Assembly (NCBI GenBank): GCA_038850285.1
Contig: JAWCMA010000018.1
Coordinates: 1-24,274 of the forward strand
Reading direction: 5' to 3'
Origin: Methanocellales archaeon
GTDB taxonomy: Archaea; Halobacteriota; JAWCLZ01
DNA length: 24,274 nt
Every line of letters begins with the position of its first letter. Position 1 is the stretch's first letter. A model generated the notes under the pieces. It did not search any database and was not told the DNA's origin. It was given only the letters and a program-made list of their open reading frames with translations. Both the position numbers and the translations under genes were made by a program. Below are positions 6,850 through 16,653 of this stretch, piece by piece.

Positions 6850-8511
6850 ATGGAGAAAAAGATGCAATTAATCAAAAGATATCGAAGATATCTTCAAATC
6901 TTTTATATATTTCTCAAATACGGGCTCTTCACCATTTTCTATGAAGAACTTCAAGCACGAAAACACATTTCAGATGAAAAGTGCACTTGCACCATAGATC
7001 AAATGCGAATGCAAAAAGCGCGGAAATTGCGCTTGGCATTTGAAGAACTTGGACCTACTTTTATAAAGCTAGGCCAAATGCTAAGCCAGAGGCCAGATCT
7101 CGTGCCACATGCATATATTATGGAGCTTGAGAAGCTGCAAGATACTGTTGCCCCCATTAGCTTTGAGGAGATGCGCAAGACCTTTGAAAGCGAGTGCATT
7201 TGCACTAAATTTGGGGAGCATAATCCCTATTGCTATCACTGCAACGATATTCTTTCGATTTATGAGGAGTTCGATGTAAATCCAATTGCAAGTGCTTCAC
7301 TGGCTCAGGTATATAGAGCAAAGATCAATGGTGAAAAAGTAGCAATTAAAGCCCTGCGCCCAAATGTAATTGACCTGATCAATTTAGACTTAATGATAAT
7401 TTATGACTTGCGCAAGCTCTTGATAAAGATCCTTGGCTTCAATAAAGACTTCAACTTTGATGAATTCATCGATGAATTTCGAATGATGCTAAAGCGAGAG
7501 ATTGACTATCGCCAAGAAGCCATAAATGCAGAAAAATTCAGGGAAAACTTCAAAGGCAGAGAAGATGTTAAGATTCCCAAGATCTACTGGAAGTTAAGTC
7601 GAGAAAAAATTTTAGTAATGGAGTATATTGAAGGCAAAAAAATTGCAGAGGCAATGCAAGAATTAGCGCCGCTGGATCGCAAGTTAATTGCTGAAGAAAT
7701 CGCGAGTAATTTCCTAAAGCAAATATATATAGATGGCTATTTTCACGCAGATCCCCACCCTGGAAATGTCTGGTTAGTGGCGAAAGATAAAATTGCCTAT
7801 CTTGACTTTGGTGCATTTGGCAAAATTGATACCAAGCTTAAAGAAAATATGCAATTGCTCTTCTGGGCGATGTACAAGCGCGATGTAGACCTTGCCACTA
7901 AATACTTCCTCCTCCTCGCTGAATATAATAAAGCAATTGATATTCAAAAACTCAAGTGGGATTTAGATAGCATTATTACAAAATATCATATTAAAGATGC
8001 TCCTCAAACTAGGCAAAGCGATAGCTTTGTAAACCTAGCGAGGGAACACAATATTAAGCTGCCTAGGGTTTTTTCACTTTTCGAGCGTGCTTTAATATTA
8101 ACTGAAAGCATGTGCTTAGAATTAGACCCGGATTTTCATATAATGAAGCTTGCAGCTTCATTAATGGAGGAAATAAAAGAGGAAAGAACAAGCTATGCAA
8201 ATATAAAAAAGGAAATAGAAGCTCAACTCCCAACGTACTATAGCCTGCTCAAGGATTTACCCGCGCAGCTTTCAAATATCCTGAAGAAAGGCAGCGAGGA
8301 AGGAATCCCAGTATATATGAAAGGCGAGCTATTCGACGTCAGAAGAATACCCGCTCAAGAAATACTCTTTTCCTATCTTGCAATAATTGCCTTGATAGCT
8401 GCTTCAGCATATCTCATAAGCTTGAATATTTCAGAGCTTATTAATCATATTTCATTCGTTATATTTGGACTTGGAATCGCATTGATAATATTCCGAGTTT
8501 TGAGGAGATAG
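6850..8511 (+). CDS. AarF/UbiB/ABC1 atypical kinase family protein
   Basis: LGPTFIKLGQ (KxGQ), IASASLAQVYRA, VAIK, FHADPHPGN and LDFG motifs; two C-terminal hydrophobic helices. Confidence 0.95.
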   Translation: MEKKMQLIKRYRRYLQIFYIFLKYGLFTIFYEELQARKHISDEKCTCTIDQMRMQKARKLRLAFEELGPTFIKLGQMLSQRPDLVPHAYIMELEKLQDTVAPISFEEMRKTFESECICTKFGEHNPYCYHCNDILSIYEEFDVNPIASASLAQVYRAKINGEKVAIKALRPNVIDLINLDLMIIYDLRKLLIKILGFNKDFNFDEFIDEFRMMLKREIDYRQEAINAEKFRENFKGREDVKIPKIYWKLSREKILVMEYIEGKKIAEAMQELAPLDRKLIAEEIASNFLKQIYIDGYFHADPHPGNVWLVAKDKIAYLDFGAFGKIDTKLKENMQLLFWAMYKRDVDLATKYFLLLAEYNKAIDIQKLKWDLDSIITKYHIKDAPQTRQSDSFVNLAREHNIKLPRVFSLFERALILTESMCLELDPDFHIMKLAASLMEEIKEERTSYANIKKEIEAQLPTYYSLLKDLPAQLSNILKKGSEEGIPVYMKGELFDVRRIPAQEILFSYLAIIALIAASAYLISLNISELINHISFVIFGLGIALIIFRVLRR

Positions 8512-8523
8512 TGTTGGAAATAA

Positions 8524-9168
8524 TTAGCGGATTCTTTCCTCAAGTGCTTTTATTTTCTGCTCAAGTGCTTTCTGTCGAATTGCAATAGTGAGATCACCCC
8601 TGGTTTTTTCCACAGCAAGTCTAGTGGCATCGCTTTTCCTCCGCACTCCCCGCGCTACAGCTTCAGGATAGTTGAAGGACATGAGCTCGAAATAGATATC
8701 CTCCATTAATTCAAGCACCAGCTCTCCTTCCCTAGCTTTATCCAAGCGGATGAGGTCTAGGATATAGCGGCGCAGTTCCCCCACGGCATCTCCTAGGGCA
8801 TTTAAATAGCTTGTGAAATCAACCCCTAAAGTACTTGGATGGGGAATTGTTTTTTTGGTTATTACATCCAGCAAAATCCTAGCCTCGGCATATTCTTGAA
8901 GAGCATCGCTCACGAAGCCATCGTAATAGATATCTCTATAATTCTGCAGCAGTTTTTCAATCTCTTCAATTATACTCCTGCATTCAAATAGCTGCTGCTC
9001 TGCATTTTCATATTCAGCTCTATGGATGGCTTTTATGGCATTTCCTGAGATTCGAATTAATCTACGGGCAGCAGCGATTGCTTTCTCCCTAGCTTCATCC
9101 TTGCCATCGAAGTTTGACCTTATTTCATTCATTATCTCAGCAAGCTGCTTCATATTCATTTTCATCAT
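8524..9168 (-). CDS. Archaeal translin/TRAX (C3PO) family protein
   Basis: D.ARE..I...R.LIR.S..AI..IHR, QEYAEA, YL.ALGDAVGELRR and RRKSD motifs. Confidence 0.9.
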   Translation of the reverse strand: MMKMNMKQLAEIMNEIRSNFDGKDEAREKAIAAARRLIRISGNAIKAIHRAEYENAEQQLFECRSIIEEIEKLLQNYRDIYYDGFVSDALQEYAEARILLDVITKKTIPHPSTLGVDFTSYLNALGDAVGELRRYILDLIRLDKAREGELVLELMEDIYFELMSFNYPEAVARGVRRKSDATRLAVEKTRGDLTIAIRQKALEQKIKALEERIR

Positions 9169-10080
9169 ATTAATCTCTCCAGTTTTCCATCTCTTGATAG
9201 CACCACAACTCTGCTTATCTCAGATTCATCTGCAATTTTATAATTCATTTCCACTGCAATTTTATTCGCGAAATCAGCTATTTCGCTTTGGCATAGCACT
9301 TCGCTCCAGTCGCTTGCGAGAAAATCCAAGGTGCATATATGCCTTTACCTCGACATAATCAGGTTCTGCTTTAGCGATTAACTTACCGTAACTCTCGGGG
9401 TTGAACATATTCAAACCTCGGGTTAAGGTAATGCGAATGGTTGTTCTAGTGCTCAGCTCTGGTAGAAGTTCAAGGGTTTCATTTATTTCACTCCATTTAC
9501 TCCATGTTTCCCCAAGTGGGTTGCATACTTTTTTATATATTACTTCATCCGGGGCATTGATTGAAACATAAAGCTGAGAAGGCTGGAGTTTAGCTATGAG
9601 CTCAGGATTAGTGCCATTTGTAACCACGAAAGTGGTGAAGTTATGCTTGTGGAATTCCTCCACTAACTCCTTCAAATAGGGATAAAGCGTGGGCTCCCCA
9701 GCTAGCGAGATGGCCGCGTGCTTGGGTTCCATGGCTTCTTTTAATTTAGCGAGATCTGTTTTCTCGGAGCCCTTATAGCCTGTTAATAGCTTCCTCTGCA
9801 TCTCAATAGCGCCTTGAACAATAAGCTCAGGTGAGTCCCATTCAACCTCAGGCACTTGCATTTCAATGGGGCGCCAGCAGTGCAGGCAGCGGTGATTGCA
9901 TTTAAGCGTGGGGGTCATTTGAATGCAGCGGTGGGAGGCAATTCCATAGAATTTATGCTTGTAGCAGCTGCCTTCGCCTCGCAGGGATTTCCTCAGCCAG
10001 AGGCAGGGTTTAACTGCACTGTGCTTGCCTACGAAGTGATACCCTTGCTTTCGAAGCTTCTTCATCCAGTCTTCCATCAT
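9165..10080 (-). pseudogene. tyw1: 4-demethylwyosine synthase Tyw1/Taw1 (radical SAM), frameshifted near 9288 (genuine lesion or assembly error)
   Basis: HSAVKPCLW, CYKHKFYGI.SHRC, CNHRCLHCWR, ISLAGEPT and VKAYMHLG motifs in ORF 9274..10080. The conserved C-terminus (SEIADFANKIA...Y.IADESEISRVVVLSR) continues in the +1 frame to TGA 9167-9165. Confidence 0.9.
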
Positions 10081-10122
10081 CGTTCAATTAATTGCTCGTG
10101 CTTATTAAAAATGTTTTACCCG

Positions 10123-11304
10123 TCACCTAAGCATCTTGATTTGCTCCAGTACTCTAGCTCTTATCTCCTGGGGTGCTGGCAATTTTCTTATGACCTCTCC
10201 CTTTTCGATGTATTTCTCAAGCGCTGCCTCCATTTTCACTCCGCAGTTCGGGCATTTTTTTTCCACAGCGCTGCCATAGCTAACGCTAAATCCAAAGCAG
10301 CGCGAACATTGATAAACAGTTTTTTTACCCCCAAATTTCCCTCTCTTGGCAACTGCTTTCCCTTCCATTTCAACTATGTCCATGGCGAAGTCTATGGTTG
10401 GGGCATTGCTTATGGAAGTTCCAACTCCAAAGCCATCAGCACCTGCTCTAGCAAGATCTGGGATATTTTCATCATCTACGCTGCCGCTAATGTAGATCTT
10501 CACTTTCTCATAGCCTCTTATATTCATCTCCCATCTTACCTCTCGAATTATATCTGCATAAGAGCCTTTTCTTGACTTGGGAGTATCGAGGCGCACGCCG
10601 TGCAAGTTTTTAACACTTTCGCAAGCTATTATTGCTTCTATTTTCTCATCATAATAAGTATCAACTAGAGCTATTCTAGGTACATCTAGAGCTATGGTTT
10701 CATCGAAGGCCTTGAAGGCACTTGCTTGATCTCCAAAAACAATTATCAATGCATGGGGCATAGTTCCAGTTGGCTTCTCTCCAATTAACTCTGCACCGAT
10801 GAGCGAGGAAACACCGTCACACCCGCCTATGTAGGATGAGCGGTCAAGCATTGGTGAGATCCCGGGATGCATTCTTCTTATGCCAAAGGCAATTACTGTT
10901 TTATCCCCAGCTGCTTTTTTACACCTCGCAGCCATGGTTGCAATTCCACTTGCTTGACAGATGAAGCCAAGCGCAGGAGTTTCATACAAGCAGAATTCCC
11001 CATATGCTCCTTCGATTACCATCACTGGAACCCTTATGCCCTCGAAGGTTCTGGGTTTGAAAATAGTTCCCTCTGGAAGAGAATAGAGGTCTATCTCTCT
11101 CCCTTTCAAAAGGTATATTACTTCTTCAAGCCCGCAGAAAACTCCCCATTCCCAGTTTTTAGGTAAATCTGAGGTTGTGAATTCTGCAACTACTTTTCTC
11201 TCTTGTAGGCTATATTTATTTAAAATCTCCTTAGTTCTAGAGAAGTAAACATCTGTGGTTTTACCCGCTAGGATTTCTTCATCTCTTGCTATATGAAACC
11301 TCAT
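10123..11304 (-). CDS. pncB: Nicotinate phosphoribosyltransferase (archaeal type, C-terminal Zn knuckle)
   Basis: TTDVYF, FGIRRMHP, GTMPHAL, LVDTY, GVRLDTP, GFGVGT, AKRGK; CSRC...CPNC. Confidence 0.95.
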   Translation of the reverse strand: MRFHIARDEEILAGKTTDVYFSRTKEILNKYSLQERKVVAEFTTSDLPKNWEWGVFCGLEEVIYLLKGREIDLYSLPEGTIFKPRTFEGIRVPVMVIEGAYGEFCLYETPALGFICQASGIATMAARCKKAAGDKTVIAFGIRRMHPGISPMLDRSSYIGGCDGVSSLIGAELIGEKPTGTMPHALIIVFGDQASAFKAFDETIALDVPRIALVDTYYDEKIEAIIACESVKNLHGVRLDTPKSRKGSYADIIREVRWEMNIRGYEKVKIYISGSVDDENIPDLARAGADGFGVGTSISNAPTIDFAMDIVEMEGKAVAKRGKFGGKKTVYQCSRCFGFSVSYGSAVEKKCPNCGVKMEAALEKYIEKGEVIRKLPAPQEIRARVLEQIKMLR

Positions 11305-11849
11305 TGGAATACCTCTCCGGAGTCCACTATTTTAGCACCATAGATCCTCTGCATATACTCAAGAGCTCTCTCATGTTCTATTTTAGCGAGGCTAGCTGTG
11401 CAGTCTCTGGGCACGGTTATTTCATAGCCTCTGAAGAATGCCTCCGCTGCGTTATTCTGCACGCAGATATCCGTGCTTACTCCCACTAGAATGAGTTCCT
11501 TTACATTTAAGTTCTTCAAAATCTCCTCTAGCTTTGTGCTAGCGAAGCCGCTGTAGAATCTCTTCTCCACCACGATATCGCCTTCTTCAGGGCTCAATTG
11601 CTCTATTATCTCGCTGCCCTCTGTGCCTTTCATAGCGTGCTCCCCCCAGATTTTTAGTTCTGCATCATCTTTTTGGTGAGCATCTTTGAGATAAATAACT
11701 GGAATTTTTTGTTTCCTTGCTCTCGCAAGCAGAGATTTTATCGCAGGTACAATATTCTGCGCTTCTTTGCTGCCGAATTTTCCAGTTACGAAATCAACTA
11801 TCATATCTATTACTAAAATTGCCTGAGACATGATCCAGAGATACTGCAA
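11301..11849 (-). CDS. pncA: Isochorismatase-family cysteine hydrolase, probable nicotinamidase
   Basis: ILVIDMIVDF, DAH, WGEHA, EKRFYSGF, GVSTDICV; overlaps the pncB start (ATGA). Likely start is ATG 11831. Confidence 0.85.
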   Translation of the reverse strand: MQYLWIMSQAILVIDMIVDFVTGKFGSKEAQNIVPAIKSLLARARKQKIPVIYLKDAHQKDDAELKIWGEHAMKGTEGSEIIEQLSPEEGDIVVEKRFYSGFASTKLEEILKNLNVKELILVGVSTDICVQNNAAEAFFRGYEITVPRDCTASLAKIEHERALEYMQRIYGAKIVDSGEVFQ

Positions 11850-11870
11850 GAGTGGGATAAATTGTTTTTG

Positions 11871-11914
11871 ATAAGTATAAGTATAAATAAAATAAATATA
11901 AATATAAATATAAA
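11871..11914. repeat. AT-rich degenerate hexamer tandem repeat (ATAAGT/ATAAAT)
   Basis: ataagt ataagt ataaat aaaataaat ataaat ataaat ataaag, between the argS stop and the pncA start. Confidence 0.75.
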
Positions 11915-11920
11915 GTTATT

Positions 11921-13645
11921 TTACATCGACTTGGGCGCAGCTATTCCCAGCAGCTCTAAGGTATTTTGAAGTGCTATTCTCGCGCAATCAACTAAGCCAA
12001 GTCTTGCCTTTCTAAGTTCTTCAGTTTCAGCGCTCAGCACTGGTATATATCTATAGAATTGATTGAAGCTCTCAGCTAGTTCTCGAGCATATGTAGCGAG
12101 GAGGTGAGGCTTTAGGTCTTTTGCAGCGGTTTCAATCACGCTTGAAAGTTTGGATATTTTTTTAATCAATGCTATTTCTTCTTTTTCGATGAGCAATGCT
12201 GGGTTGAAGTTTTCATTGAATTCTAGGTTTGCTTCTCTGGCTTTTTCAAATATGCTGCAAGCTCTTGCGTGGGCATATTGAATGAATGGAGCTCCTTGTT
12301 TTTCAAAGTCAAGGGCTTGCTCCCAGCTGAAGGTTATTCCCTTTTCAGAGGCTACTTTGACTATATCAAATCTCACTGCGCCTATTCCCACCATTTCAGC
12401 TATTTCCCGCTTTTTGGCTTCAGGGAGTTCTTTTCTTCTCTTGTCCACTTCTATATACGCTCTTGCAATTGCTTCTTCAATTAAATCATCGAAGTTAACA
12501 ACCACTCCCTTTCGAGTGGACATTCTTCCTATAGGTAGCGTTACAAATGAATGGTAAACAATCAAGGGCTTTTTCTGCACGTTTAAAATTTTAAGCGCGG
12601 CATTTAACTGCTCCATAGCTAGTTTCTGATCCTCGCCAAGTACATTTATCGCAATGTCAGCTTGCGAGAACTTCCAGAGGTGATAGGCAATGTCTCTAGT
12701 GGTATAGAGAGTAGTGCCATCGCCTCGGGTTATAACGAATTCTTTCTCAAGGCCGAATTCTGATAAGTTTAAAATTAAAGCTCCATCTCTAATTGAGGCT
12801 GCTTTTGACTTGGCAATTTCCTCCACTACCTTTTTCACATCGCTGTTGAATATAAATTGAGATTCCCAGATGATTTTATCATAGGTAACATTTAATCTAC
12901 GCAGGGTTTGCATTTGTCCAGCGATGCATTTCTCCACCACTTTTTTGAATTTCTCTCTTACCTCAACCTCTCCCTCTTCATATTGGGTAAGAAGTCTTGA
13001 GATCTCCTCTTCAACCTCAGGGTCTTCTTCGAGTAAGGAAGCTGCCTTTCGATAGTACTGTACAACTTCATAGTCAGGCTTTTCATATTCCCTGGGCTCA
13101 AGGGTTTTGGGATCGATGTGGTCGTAGCCCCAGACTATTGCAGCCACTTGCTTGCCCATGTCATTGACATAATACTGTACCTCAACATCATAGCCAGCTG
13201 CTCGCAGCAGCCTCGCAAGAGTATCACCTATCACTGGATTTCTCCCCCTGCCTACGTGCAGTGGTCCAGTTGGATTGGCTGAGGTATGTTCAAGTATTAT
13301 TTTTTCACCGCGTCTTGGTAACTTGCCATAGGCTTCTTGTTTTCTCTCCACCTCTCGCAGTGTCATTTCTAGGAATAGCTTGCTTGCGTGGAAGTTTATG
13401 TAAGCCCCTGCGATTTCAACTTTTTCTATAAGGGAGTATTCCTCTAGTTGCACGTGCTTCTTTAGCTCTTGAGCTATTGAATTTGGGGTTTTTTTGTACT
13501 TAGGCGCTAGTTTGAATGCAATTGAAGATGCTAGGTCAGCTATTTCACCTGGCTCCTCTAAACTTAAATCTTGGCCTTCATAGCCTGCTTTTTCCACTGC
13601 TTTTTTTAAAACATCTTCAACTTCTCTTTTGAATGCGAGGAACAT
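11921..13645 (-). CDS. argS: Arginine--tRNA ligase
   Basis: EHTSANPTGPLHVGRGRN (HIGH variant), YYVNDMG, LYTTRDIAYH, MSTRKG, PFIQYAHAR, C-terminal APKSM. Confidence 0.98.
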   Translation of the reverse strand: MFLAFKREVEDVLKKAVEKAGYEGQDLSLEEPGEIADLASSIAFKLAPKYKKTPNSIAQELKKHVQLEEYSLIEKVEIAGAYINFHASKLFLEMTLREVERKQEAYGKLPRRGEKIILEHTSANPTGPLHVGRGRNPVIGDTLARLLRAAGYDVEVQYYVNDMGKQVAAIVWGYDHIDPKTLEPREYEKPDYEVVQYYRKAASLLEEDPEVEEEISRLLTQYEEGEVEVREKFKKVVEKCIAGQMQTLRRLNVTYDKIIWESQFIFNSDVKKVVEEIAKSKAASIRDGALILNLSEFGLEKEFVITRGDGTTLYTTRDIAYHLWKFSQADIAINVLGEDQKLAMEQLNAALKILNVQKKPLIVYHSFVTLPIGRMSTRKGVVVNFDDLIEEAIARAYIEVDKRRKELPEAKKREIAEMVGIGAVRFDIVKVASEKGITFSWEQALDFEKQGAPFIQYAHARACSIFEKAREANLEFNENFNPALLIEKEEIALIKKISKLSSVIETAAKDLKPHLLATYARELAESFNQFYRYIPVLSAETEELRKARLGLVDCARIALQNTLELLGIAAPKSM

Positions 13646-13647
13646 TT

Positions 13648-14892
13648 CTACACCTCTGTTTTATATCTTAAAATAGCAGCAATTCCCCCGAAAGCATGCA
13701 AGAGCTGCTCGCCCTCCTCGAAATCTGTGGAGATGAGCTCTACCTTGGTATTCATTTTCTCCGCTAATCTGGAGAGTTCTAAAACGATATCCTCGCTCTC
13801 GGCAACTGCTAATGGAGAGGAGCATTTTGCACATGCTTCATTTAAAATAGCTTTTTCATTTACACCGGGTTTTTTAATAACTGTTATATTTTTCTCGCTA
13901 CCGCAATTCTGGCAGTGCAATTTCAGCCTTTTTTTTCGCAAGTCTTCGGAAAGCAATAGTACTTCAACTGCTCCAGCCTCTAAGTTTTTCCTCACCTCCT
14001 CCTCGCCATAGGCAGCGAGTCCTCGATCGCTCACAAGTTCTTTCATGAATCTCTCCATCATTTTTTTCTCCCTTATTAAATCCAGGCCTTCTAGTGTTTC
14101 CCTTGCTGCATCAACTAATTCATAGAGCCCGGATTCATCTGTATATGAAACATCGAAGCTCCCGAGGATTTTTTTCTGCAATTCATGGTGGAGATATTCG
14201 CCTTTTATGAATTCTTCCTTAGTGGGAGAAGGCCCGCCGATTAAAATTCCCTGGAGTTCTGGTATGTTCAGGAAGATATTGCTCGCGTGGGTTCCGATTC
14301 TTTTGTAAAATTCATTGATTGCAATGAGCCTAAGCTGCTGGAAGCGATGTGCGCTTTGACCGCCTTTTTTCTGCTTCCCAGGTACATTTGAAGTGAGATA
14401 TCTATTGACTTCTATATGCTTGCCCTTGAGCGTGCCTATTGTTGCTTCTCTTCTATCGAGTACTATCAATCCATAATTTTTTTTCTCCTTCAGCATTTCC
14501 TCAAGCGGCTCTAATATAAATTCTGAGCCGCAGCGATACATATATGTCTTAATTGGCTCAAGGGGGTCTATGATAAAAGTCTCTATTGAAGTGCGATCGC
14601 CGCTTACTGGGATTGCACCTGTGAAAATCACAAGTCCATTTTTAGGGGGACGGGGGTAATATTTCAATCTAGCCATGATTGAATCCAGAGCACTTTGAAC
14701 ATTTACCCTTGTGGACTTGGATTTGATATTTGAAGCTTGGCTATGTTCATCTCTGAGCTGAGCTATTACATCTGAAATTTGCTTATCAGGGGGTATATAG
14801 AGTGAGATGAGTTCAGTGCCCTTACCTATCTTGGCTTTGAGATCTTCAAGCTGAAGTTTGAATTCATATTTCCGCTGGGTTTCTTCCATCAT
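13648..14892 (-). CDS. prf1: Peptide chain release factor aRF1
   Basis: GTELISLYIP, ASNIKSK, YRCGSEF, KKGGQSAHRF, FGGIAAILRY. Confidence 0.98.
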   Translation of the reverse strand: MMEETQRKYEFKLQLEDLKAKIGKGTELISLYIPPDKQISDVIAQLRDEHSQASNIKSKSTRVNVQSALDSIMARLKYYPRPPKNGLVIFTGAIPVSGDRTSIETFIIDPLEPIKTYMYRCGSEFILEPLEEMLKEKKNYGLIVLDRREATIGTLKGKHIEVNRYLTSNVPGKQKKGGQSAHRFQQLRLIAINEFYKRIGTHASNIFLNIPELQGILIGGPSPTKEEFIKGEYLHHELQKKILGSFDVSYTDESGLYELVDAARETLEGLDLIREKKMMERFMKELVSDRGLAAYGEEEVRKNLEAGAVEVLLLSEDLRKKRLKLHCQNCGSEKNITVIKKPGVNEKAILNEACAKCSSPLAVAESEDIVLELSRLAEKMNTKVELISTDFEEGEQLLHAFGGIAAILRYKTEV

Positions 14893-15016
14893 TTATTAAA
14901 TTAAAAAGTAGCATCGTATATATATAAGAATAAGAACCTTGAGTTAATAATTCAAAAAAATGCACAAAGTTTAAGTATAATGACTTTAATTGATCTTTAA
15001 AGTATAATATTAGACA
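14893..15016. promoter_or_regulatory. Divergent promoter region, prf1 / trp operon
   Basis: AT-rich intergenic region with TATA-like tracts (tatatataa, tttaagta) and direct repeat AAGTATAAT at 14973 and 15000. Confidence 0.5.
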
Positions 15017-16033
15017 TTGGTGATCTTTTTGAGGGATTACATTAAGAAGATAAGTGAAAAACAAAATTTAACATTCCAAGAAGCCAGAGATGCAATGGTT
15101 CAAATACTCACAAGTGCAACAGACTCTCAAATAGCTGCTTTTTTAATGAGCTTGAAATTCAAGGGCGAGACAAGCGAGGAAATCGCTGGAATGGTAAGCG
15201 CTATGCTTGAGAAGGCAGAGAAAATACAACCAAGGGTAAATGGAGCGCTGATAGATACCTGCGGTACAGGTGGGGATGCCAAAAATACAATAAACATCAG
15301 CACTGCAAGTGCCATGGTAGCTGCTGCTTGTGGAATTGCAGTTGCAAAGCATGGCAACTTTTCAATTACCTCAAAATCTGGAAGTGCAGATGTACTGCGA
15401 GCACTTGGAATTAAAATAGAGCAACATGCTGAAAAGGTAAGAGAATCTATTGAAAGAATTGGAATTGGATTCATGCTTGCTCCATTTTTCCACCCAGCGA
15501 TGAAAAGAGTGGCGCACATTCGAAGAGAACTTGGAGTACGCACAGTGTTCAACATTCTAGGGCCTCTTTCAAACCCAGCATTTCCAACAGCTCAATTGAT
15601 AGGCGTTTTCAATCCAGAGCTATGCCAGAAATTCGCTGAAGTATTGAAAATCCTAGGGAGAGAAAAGGCAATTATAGCGCACAGCCAAGGTTTGGATGAA
15701 ATCTCAAATCTAGGCAAAACTGAGATTGCAGAGCTTGAAAATGGAGAAATAGAATACTATGAAATAACCCCAGCTGACTTTGGATTGAGAATTGCAGCTT
15801 TAAATGAAATACAAGGAGGAACCCCTGAGGAAAATGCAAATGCAATAATAAAAATCTTCAAAGGCGAGAAGGGAGCAAAGCGAGACATAGTTTTAATGAA
15901 TTCCGCAGCTGCGGTTTATATCAGCGGTTTAGCGTGTGATTTTCGAGAAGGATTTGAAATAGCTTCCAACGCCATCGATAGCGGTGCTGCCCTTAAAAAA
16001 CTCCAAGAATTCATCTCCTTCAATTCCGGGTGA
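15017..16033 (+). CDS. trpD: Anthranilate phosphoribosyltransferase
   Basis: [48 protein letters not shown]. The start may be TTG 15029 (GGTGA SD). Confidence 0.97.
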   Translation: MVIFLRDYIKKISEKQNLTFQEARDAMVQILTSATDSQIAAFLMSLKFKGETSEEIAGMVSAMLEKAEKIQPRVNGALIDTCGTGGDAKNTINISTASAMVAAACGIAVAKHGNFSITSKSGSADVLRALGIKIEQHAEKVRESIERIGIGFMLAPFFHPAMKRVAHIRRELGVRTVFNILGPLSNPAFPTAQLIGVFNPELCQKFAEVLKILGREKAIIAHSQGLDEISNLGKTEIAELENGEIEYYEITPADFGLRIAALNEIQGGTPEENANAIIKIFKGEKGAKRDIVLMNSAAAVYISGLACDFREGFEIASNAIDSGAALKKLQEFISFNSG

Positions 16034-16653
16034 TCCTCTTGGTCTGGGTTAAAATATGTGGAATAACTAACTCCATTGATGTTGAAGCTGTAGCTAAACT
16101 TCGACCAGATGCAATTGGCTTTATTCTTGCCGACTCCCCTAGAAAAATCACTATCGAGAAAGCTAGAGGGCTTTTAAGGCAAGTTCCAAGCAGCATAGAA
16201 AGCGTAGTAGTTGCAACTCCAGCGAATGCCCGCGAGGGCGAGGAATTAATTTCACGGCTCCAGCCGGATTATCTCCAGATTCATAATGACTTAGCAATAG
16301 CGGAAATAAAAAAACTCGGGGAAAAAATAGCGATAATTAAAGCAATTCAAGTAAACAGCAATGCCTTTGAAAAACTAAAGCGCTATGAAAAATATGTTCA
16401 AGCTTTTTTACTCGATTCAGTTAAAAAAGGAACAGTTCACAACTGGGATATAAGCGCTGAAATAGCCAGGAAAAGCAGTTTGCCAGTAATACTCGCAGGC
16501 GGTTTAAATCCAGAGAATGTGGTTGAGGCAATTTCAAGGGTCAAGCCCTTCGGCGTAGACGTAGCCTCAGGCGTTGAAATTGAAGGCAGAGCAGGGGTAA
16601 AAAACTTGGATAAAATTCGAGCTTTTATCGAGAGAGCGAAGAAATATGTTTGA
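16030..16653 (+). CDS. trpF: Phosphoribosylanthranilate isomerase
   Basis: [38 protein letters not shown]. Confidence 0.95.
   Translation: MILLVWVKICGITNSIDVEAVAKLRPDAIGFILADSPRKITIEKARGLLRQVPSSIESVVVATPANAREGEELISRLQPDYLQIHNDLAIAEIKKLGEKIAIIKAIQVNSNAFEKLKRYEKYVQAFLLDSVKKGTVHNWDISAEIARKSSLPVILAGGLNPENVVEAISRVKPFGVDVASGVEIEGRAGVKNLDKIRAFIERAKKYV

Noticed and set aside
9286-9291. CCA-AAG as a programmed -1 frameshift site in tyw1
   Set aside because: The -1 frame stops after two further codons (AAA GCG AAA TAG); the conserved continuation is in the +1 frame.
10240-10310. C-terminal zinc knuckle in NAPRTase as a novelty
   Set aside because: A known feature of archaeal (Thermoplasma-type) nicotinate phosphoribosyltransferases.
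9856-10575. 239-aa plus-strand ORF, and the many other short antisense or out-of-frame ORFs in the track
   Set aside because: They overlap well-supported genes (here tyw1 and pncB) on the opposite strand or in another frame, and have atypical composition.
13240-13290. HVGR instead of HIGH in ArgRS
   Set aside because: A recognised variant in some archaeal ArgRS; all other motifs are intact.
13820-13920. CxxC...CxxC insertion in aRF1 as a novelty
   Set aside because: Zinc-ribbon minidomains in domain 3 of archaeal aRF1 are already known.
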